Shown: positions 58,257 through 64,000 of the stretch, one piece after another
Position numbering within the stretch: the stretch's first letter is position 1
Layout of the letters: each line of letters starts with the position of its first letter
Virus record (IMG/VR): IMGVR_UViG_3300037067_009128
Span: 53,326 to 117,325 of that record
Source of the DNA: a virus
Taxonomy: Duplodnaviria > Caudoviricetes
Reading direction: 5' to 3' (one strand)
Length of the DNA stretch: 64,000 nucleotides
Program-made: the position numbers and the translations under genes
Notes under the pieces: model-generated
Database searches by the model: none
Seen by the model: only the letters and a program-made list of their open reading frames with translations
Told to the model about the DNA's origin: nothing

Positions 58257-59069
58257 ATGAAAAAAATAATTTTAATAAAATCAGACGGTAATGTAGGTGG
58301 ATATGATACAATTCAGGCTGCAATTGATGCGGGTGCAAGCGGTGATTGTGTGATTTTATACCCCGGTACTTATAACGAAAATTTAACTATTAATAAAAAT
58401 TTAACTTTGGAGAGTATCGGTGATGTAACAATAGCTGGTGATAGTACTAGTGGAACTATTGCTATTGCTGCAAATACGACTGTTTCAATTAAAGGTTTTC
58501 CAACTATTACAAATAGCAATGGAGTAGATAAAAGGATTGTTTGTGCAGACGCTACTGCAATTATTAATGATTTTTACTGGGAATTCTCTGGGAGAATTCA
58601 GCAGTTACCACCAGCAACTACAACTTCAGGCTCTTTAGCTGCAGGTAAAGTTTATTTCATAACCACATTTAATGCAGGTGATGATTTCAGTAATGTTGCC
58701 AGCGTAATAAGTGGGACAATAAATACAACTGGATGCTTTTTTAAGGCTACTGGCACAACACCAACTAATTGGAGTAATGGCTCCACATTAGATTATAGTG
58801 GTGCACCTTATATCTTGGCTTTATTTAAGAATACTACCGGACAAGATTTTGGAATAAATTGGAGTTATAGCAGTACAGGTAGTGTAACTTGGAGTGGGAT
58901 ACTTAGTCCGATAAAAACACTTATTTCTATTACAAGTCAGGGTGCAAGGCAGGTTACTTATAGTATTTCAACTAATACTATTGGAATAACTTGTTATAAT
59001 ATCACAGCAGACCCACCTGCCTTAGTTAATGGTACAGCTTTTATGCTTAATATAAGAATGTTTCCATGA
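58257..59069 (+). CDS. Virion protein with pectin-lyase-like N-terminal cap
   Basis: YDTIQAAIDAGASGDCVILYPGTYNENLTINKNLTL. Confidence 0.7.
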   Translation: MKKIILIKSDGNVGGYDTIQAAIDAGASGDCVILYPGTYNENLTINKNLTLESIGDVTIAGDSTSGTIAIAANTTVSIKGFPTITNSNGVDKRIVCADATAIINDFYWEFSGRIQQLPPATTTSGSLAAGKVYFITTFNAGDDFSNVASVISGTINTTGCFFKATGTTPTNWSNGSTLDYSGAPYILALFKNTTGQDFGINWSYSSTGSVTWSGILSPIKTLISITSQGARQVTYSISTNTIGITCYNITADPPALVNGTAFMLNIRMFP

Positions 59070-62000
59070 TTACTAAAATTTCCATAGGCGGTGGCAATTT
59101 ATCCCATGACACTAATGTGACAAATGCTTTTATAGCAGGTTACGAAAGTAATGGTGCAAGTTGGACGGGTGAAATAATTCAGCTTGGCGAAGGTGATTTT
59201 AATTCACAGATATTAACTGCATTAAATAATGGAAGTGATATTTATATCCGTTCAACAACAGGCTTAACCGCTTATATAGCAAGTGCTCTTGCTAACTACC
59301 CAAACATTCTATGTTTTGTACCGGCAGGTGCAAACAGCCCAGGAGAAATTTTTGAAAGTAATGGCGGAATAAATCTTCCTTGCATAGTTGTTACAGGTGC
59401 TGGGGATATTGCAAATGAAACTGGTGATGATATAGAATTCTTTAGTCAAGATCCTATTACTATTGAACCAGATTATTCTTCATACAGCAACGGTTATATT
59501 GCTGGACAGATTGCTTATATAATAAATACTCTTAATTGCTCAAGTTGGGAAGCCCGTTATAGGGCTCATGTTACAGGTTCAAAAAATGGTGTATGGCATG
59601 AAACAGATGGGTTTGGTTTAATAAATGTTCCGGCTGCTCTTGCATTCACAGGAACGATTCCAGATGATCCTTATATTAATCATATATTGGAAATAGGAGA
59701 TATTTCTTTTTCTTTAGAAGATCTAGAATTAACAATTGTTTGTGATGTGGTAGAAAATGCAGAAAATTATATTATAGAACAATTAATTGATGGTGTTTGG
59801 ACAGTTGTAACTAATCAAGTAACAGTTGAATATGGAAATGTTTATAGATTTAGATATAAAGCTAATATGACAAATGGTTATGAGGTATTAGAAGAGACTG
59901 GATATAGTGAAACATTTTTATTTAATGTTCCAGTTTTACCTACAATTATTAATCAATCTAATAATATAAATTGGATTGGTTATAATTCACATAGTTGTGA
60001 TATTTCATATAATGATTATAAAAGTGGAACTTCTTGTTTAGAAATACAATCAACAAGAGAAGGTGATGAGTATGATGATTATTGCTTTTTAAGTAATAGT
60101 TATTTTAGAAGTTTAATTCGAAATAAACAATACCTAATAAATTTCTGGGCAAGAACGGGATTATCAGATACTTCAATTACAGTAAAGATAGGAAATAAAT
60201 CAAAAACATTTAACACAGTTTCTCACACTGTTGAGGTATTTACAGAATGTAATTTTTATTTTACAGTTGACATTACAGAACTTAATCAAGGAATCAAACT
60301 TTACTTAAATCAATCTGATACTGTTTATATTGATGATTTTACTATTTCTGAAGCTCATGACTTTAGTATGGGTATTTGGGTAAAAAATGGTCTTATTCAA
60401 ACTACTGATAAAATAATTCAATTAAGTAATGGAAGTAGTTCAATAAGTTTTAAATACGAAATAGGAACTTCTTGTGTTATAGCTTCAATAAATGATGAAG
60501 AAATAAGATATGAAGATGAATCTATAATTGACGATACTTGGAAATTATTAAGTATTACTGGTGATAGAGACGGAAGTTTAAAGTTTTATATAAATCAGAG
60601 TTTAATAGGTACATCTGTTATTTCTTCAAATGTGGGATTATTAAAAGATTTTGAAAGTTTATCAAGTTCTGAAGGTCTCATACACTCAATAAGTGATTTA
60701 CAGATTGTTAGAGATCATATTTGGGATTTAAATGGGATAAAAGATATTTATAATAACGGATTTAAACATAAATATAATACAGGTGAAGTAGTATTATGGA
60801 ATGATTTTAAAGAGGAAAATCAAAGAGGTAAAGATCTTTCATTATTAAAAAATAACATTACTTTATATAATACTCCTATTTACACGTCTATATTAAAAAA
60901 TAATATTATTAATAATTGGAAAAAAATTACAAATGGTTTAAGTAATATTATTTATGATGAATCAGAAGAGACTATTAAATTTGAAATAGATTCTACACCA
61001 AACAGAGTTTATATTAAACAAGAAATATTACTTGTTAAAGATAAAAAATATACTTTTGAAATCTGGACTAAAGGAAGTAATTCTTCTACAGGTTATATAA
61101 TTAACATAATTAATCCAAATGGTTTAAGTTTAAAATCTGATTTAACATTTGGGGTTTTGGATAATATAACAGTAATTCCTGGAACAACTTATAGTAAAAA
61201 AGCTATAACATTTATTGCAGATTCTGATGGGCTATTTACTATTGAAATTAGTAATAATACTGTAAATAGTGCTTCTTCATCTTTATGGTTTAGTAATTTT
61301 AGTTTTACAGAAGGGTATGATTCTACTATAAATATATGGGTTAAGAATAATTCTGATTTAGAAAGTAATTTATTGAATTATGGAGGAAATAATCAATTAT
61401 CTATAAAAAAGAATACTAATAATAAATTTTGTATATCAAATTCAGGAGTAGGAGATTATAGACTCACAGATTCTGTTTTAACAGAAGATGAATATTATTT
61501 ATTAAGTGTAATTTTAATAGGAGGAGCAAAATTCCCTAAAGATATTCAACTTTATTTAAATGGTGAATTAAATCAAGGAACATTTACTCAAGATTTAGGT
61601 AATTATATTGCTTTAGGTAATCCTACAAAATTATGTATAGCTTCTAATAATGGAACTTCTAATTTCTTTCAAGGTAGTATAGGCGAAATAGAAATATTAA
61701 AAGGTGTAAATTTAACTGACACACAAATTAAAGAATTATATAATTCAAGAAAAGATTTTAATAACACAAATCAAGTGTTACATATTAAACCTGATGTTAA
61801 TGGAGAAGATTTATCAGATAAAGAAAATGATGTTACTATTGTAAACTCTCCAACATTCTCAACAATTGATTTGAAGATAGAAGATTGGAATCATTTTTAT
61901 AATGGTAATTCAAAAATAGATAAAAATACTGATAATGCAAGAAGTACAACTTGTGTTAATTTTAAATTAGACTCAAATAATTCTGAAGTAAAAGTATCTC

Positions 62001-62974
62001 AAAGTTTTAATTTACAATCATCAAAGAATTATGCATTAGAAGTTTGGGCTAAAGCAGATGATGTACTTTCAAGTTATCACATTAATATAAAAGATTTTAA
62101 TGGTTTGGTCTTAACTGAAGATAATACTTGGATTGAAGAAGAATCAATTATTGTAGTTCCTGGAACTTCATATTCAAGGAAGTTTATCCAATTTCAAGTA
62201 CCTATTTCTGGGGTATATACAATAGAATTAAAAAGTATCGGAGTTGCAAGTTCTAATCTATACTTTGATGATCTTAGTCTTTATTTTGAAGGATGTCTTG
62301 TTGAATTACTTCAATCAAATATTACAGGAAGTAAATGGGTAGATTCATCTTCAAATCAATTGGATTTTACAAACAACTCAATTTTAGATTTAATCTCTAT
62401 TAATATAGATACATTAAATGATTTAAGTATTAATTCTAATAATATGAGTCAAGACACCAAAGATAATCAACCTATTCTTATTGAAGGTGATAAATATAAT
62501 ATCATTAGATTTGATGGAGTAGATGATGTTTTAATATCAAACATTTCTGATCTTACAGATTTTTCAATTTTTATCTTATTCAAAATTAGAACTTCACCCA
62601 CAGTTAAATCTATTATATTTGGGAACACACTGGACAATCTTTGGATTAATAATTCTTTACAACTAGGAGTTTATTGTAGTAATTTTAATAATACAATAAA
62701 TCTGCAATTAACTCAAGACACATTAGAGATATTAGGTTTAGTTTATGATTCAACAAATAATCAATTAGAAATATATCAAAAAGAAAATAAAATTAATACC
62801 ATCTCAGGAATTATTAATGGTAATAATCTTTTAAGTTGTCTTGGTGGGTTATCAAATGGAACTTCTTGTACAAGTTTAGATTTAGTTGAAATCATTTGCA
62901 CTTCTGATAAAATGAATGATATCCAAATGCAAGCTCTAGTCAATTCTTTAAAAGAACAATACTTCAATGATTAG
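59066..62974 (+). CDS. Large virion protein: subtilase-like N-terminus, then closing halves of CBM/LamG domains
   Basis: HDTNV, PAGAN, SSYSNGYIAG, GFGLIN; VYIDD, GSIGEIEI, LYFDD, FDGVDD. Confidence 0.7.
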   Translation: MITKISIGGGNLSHDTNVTNAFIAGYESNGASWTGEIIQLGEGDFNSQILTALNNGSDIYIRSTTGLTAYIASALANYPNILCFVPAGANSPGEIFESNGGINLPCIVVTGAGDIANETGDDIEFFSQDPITIEPDYSSYSNGYIAGQIAYIINTLNCSSWEARYRAHVTGSKNGVWHETDGFGLINVPAALAFTGTIPDDPYINHILEIGDISFSLEDLELTIVCDVVENAENYIIEQLIDGVWTVVTNQVTVEYGNVYRFRYKANMTNGYEVLEETGYSETFLFNVPVLPTIINQSNNINWIGYNSHSCDISYNDYKSGTSCLEIQSTREGDEYDDYCFLSNSYFRSLIRNKQYLINFWARTGLSDTSITVKIGNKSKTFNTVSHTVEVFTECNFYFTVDITELNQGIKLYLNQSDTVYIDDFTISEAHDFSMGIWVKNGLIQTTDKIIQLSNGSSSISFKYEIGTSCVIASINDEEIRYEDESIIDDTWKLLSITGDRDGSLKFYINQSLIGTSVISSNVGLLKDFESLSSSEGLIHSISDLQIVRDHIWDLNGIKDIYNNGFKHKYNTGEVVLWNDFKEENQRGKDLSLLKNNITLYNTPIYTSILKNNIINNWKKITNGLSNIIYDESEETIKFEIDSTPNRVYIKQEILLVKDKKYTFEIWTKGSNSSTGYIINIINPNGLSLKSDLTFGVLDNITVIPGTTYSKKAITFIADSDGLFTIEISNNTVNSASSSLWFSNFSFTEGYDSTINIWVKNNSDLESNLLNYGGNNQLSIKKNTNNKFCISNSGVGDYRLTDSVLTEDEYYLLSVILIGGAKFPKDIQLYLNGELNQGTFTQDLGNYIALGNPTKLCIASNNGTSNFFQGSIGEIEILKGVNLTDTQIKELYNSRKDFNNTNQVLHIKPDVNGEDLSDKENDVTIVNSPTFSTIDLKIEDWNHFYNGNSKIDKNTDNARSTTCVNFKLDSNNSEVKVSQSFNLQSSKNYALEVWAKADDVLSSYHINIKDFNGLVLTEDNTWIEEESIIVVPGTSYSRKFIQFQVPISGVYTIELKSIGVASSNLYFDDLSLYFEGCLVELLQSNITGSKWVDSSSNQLDFTNNSILDLISINIDTLNDLSINSNNMSQDTKDNQPILIEGDKYNIIRFDGVDDVLISNISDLTDFSIFILFKIRTSPTVKSIIFGNTLDNLWINNSLQLGVYCSNFNNTINLQLTQDTLEILGLVYDSTNNQLEIYQKENKINTISGIINGNNLLSCLGGLSNGTSCTSLDLVEIICTSDKMNDIQMQALVNSLKEQYFND

Positions 62975-63033
62975 GTCATTCTGATTTTTATGATCATCAA
63001 TATATTTAACTATTAACATTTAACTATTAAATC

Positions 63034-63525
63034 TTGATGACTATGATAAATCTTATAATTGCTGCTGAAACAACTTATACATCATCTCCCGAATTTGTTT
63101 GGGGAATCATCATTGCTAGTACTCTTATTAATATTATTTACCATCTTACACAATCAAAAAGTAAAAGATCTGAAAGTGATATTATTAAACTTTACTCTCT
63201 TAGTACTGCTAATAGTAAAGAATTGAATGTTTTGAAAAATGGTGTTCAAAATATAAAAGAAGAAAGTTTAGTTAATATTGAAAAAAAGATTGAATCGTTA
63301 GTAAGTGATTATAAATGTTTAGAAGAAAAAGTTAATAAATCAGATTCTAAGATATTAATTTGGTCTAATGAAATAAAAGATTTGATGAGAGAGAATGAAA
63401 GACAACTTACATCAAAAATAGATGATGTAAAGTTAAAAGTTTGTAATGTATCAACATTAGTTGAAAGCACATTAAAAGAATTAAAAGAATTACTAAAAAG
63501 CACTATAAATGGAGTACAAAAATGA
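63034..63525 (+). CDS. Single-TM coiled-coil protein (possible holin/lysis accessory)
   Basis: N-terminal TM helix then coiled coil; position after tail genes. Confidence 0.5.
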   Translation: MMTMINLIIAAETTYTSSPEFVWGIIIASTLINIIYHLTQSKSKRSESDIIKLYSLSTANSKELNVLKNGVQNIKEESLVNIEKKIESLVSDYKCLEEKVNKSDSKILIWSNEIKDLMRENERQLTSKIDDVKLKVCNVSTLVESTLKELKELLKSTINGVQK

Positions 63526-63953
63526 AACACATTTCAATCCCGATAATTTTAAGTATAATATCTGTCATAGTATTATTTTTATTTTTAATTCCTGCAGAGA
63601 ACGATAATAATCTTAAAATAATAGATAATTATTCTAATCAATCATTACAACTTGATTCATTAAATAAATCATTTACATTATCTAATCAATTTAAAGATTT
63701 TAAAGTTGTAAATGATTTAAAAAAACAAATGATGGATTTAGAATTTAAAGAAAAGATAATAAATTATATTTATATTTTTATAAATTCATTACTATTATTA
63801 TCTATTATAGGAATCATTTCTAATTATCTTCAATTTATTTATACAAAATTTGATTTCATACAAGAAGATGGAGCTAATAGAGTATTATCATACAGTTTAC
63901 TTTGTACAACTTTAGTAATATTACTTGTTTATTACTTACAAATGAGTCAATGA
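63522..63953 (+). CDS. Three-TM membrane protein (holin-like)
   Basis: Three hydrophobic segments. Confidence 0.5.
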   Translation: MKHISIPIILSIISVIVLFLFLIPAENDNNLKIIDNYSNQSLQLDSLNKSFTLSNQFKDFKVVNDLKKQMMDLEFKEKIINYIYIFINSLLLLSIIGIISNYLQFIYTKFDFIQEDGANRVLSYSLLCTTLVILLVYYLQMSQ

Positions 63954-64000
63954 AAAAGTTATTACTTTTAATACTATTCACATCTTTATCATTTCCACAA
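63950..64000 (+). CDS. Secreted protein, truncated by the window end
   Basis: MKKLLLLILFTSLSFPQ signal peptide; ATGA overlap. Confidence 0.55.
   Translation, partial: MKKLLLLILFTSLSFPQ

Noticed and set aside
57841-59966. ATAATA direct repeat as excision site of the cassette
   Set aside because: In frame, but a 6-bp AT-only match is expected by chance in this genome.
2950-63530. Short antisense or nested ORFs in the track (e.g. 2950, 4794, 11650, 13253, 13320, 19154, 26830, 29029, 29468, 30293, 35140, 35773, 37183, 39669, 43549, 44062, 44655, 45516, 46504, 53826, 62776, 63309)
   Set aside because: They shadow better-supported genes and lack RBS or recognisable motifs.
1-64000. Stop-codon reassignment
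   Set aside because: Genes tile densely under code 11 and TAA, TAG and TGA all end genes. The split genes are separated by other genes, not by single in-frame stops.
1-64000. tRNA, rRNA, integrase or transposase genes
   Set aside because: None recognised by eye; tRNAscan-SE or Infernal would be needed to exclude RNA genes formally.

Overview
A 64-kb piece of a large, very AT-rich tailed dsDNA phage (Caudoviricetes). The host is probably in the FCB group (Bacteroidota/Ignavibacteriota); this is inference. Layout: (i) 1-10.3 kb, minus strand: nucleotide metabolism and replication genes (thymidylate-synthase-fold protein cut by the window edge, ThyX, dimeric dCTPase/dUTPase, 5'-3' exonuclease, SF2 helicase, sigma factor, intein-containing DnaB, loader-like and initiator-like proteins). 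(ii) 10.3-40.1 kb, plus strand: mostly small accessory genes, plus DNA ligase, a radical SAM enzyme, a second TS-fold enzyme, Hc1/PC4/wHTH DNA-binding proteins, SLOG and DUF2786-like genes. (iii) 40.1-43.5 kb: gene-poor region with strong promoters, a boxA-like site and strand-asymmetric flanks; candidate genome terminus or terminal repeat. (iv) 43.5-64 kb: packaging and structural genes (TerS, a TerL split into two genes, portal, fibre and LamG/CBM-like proteins, membrane proteins). Main leads: (a) a probable cytosine-modification pathway with two paralogous TS-fold enzymes, both carrying the dCMP-type Asp, one of which has lost the canonical phosphate and 3'-OH binding residues; (b) repeated splitting of virion/packaging genes by inserted cassettes, including a nested LamG/CBM architecture divided between two genes; (c) a repeated stop-RBS-start junction motif and a GA-N5-TAWWTTTR promoter motif. 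No CRISPR array, tRNA, rRNA, integrase or reverse transcriptase was recognised. All family assignments come from motif recognition by eye, not database searches.
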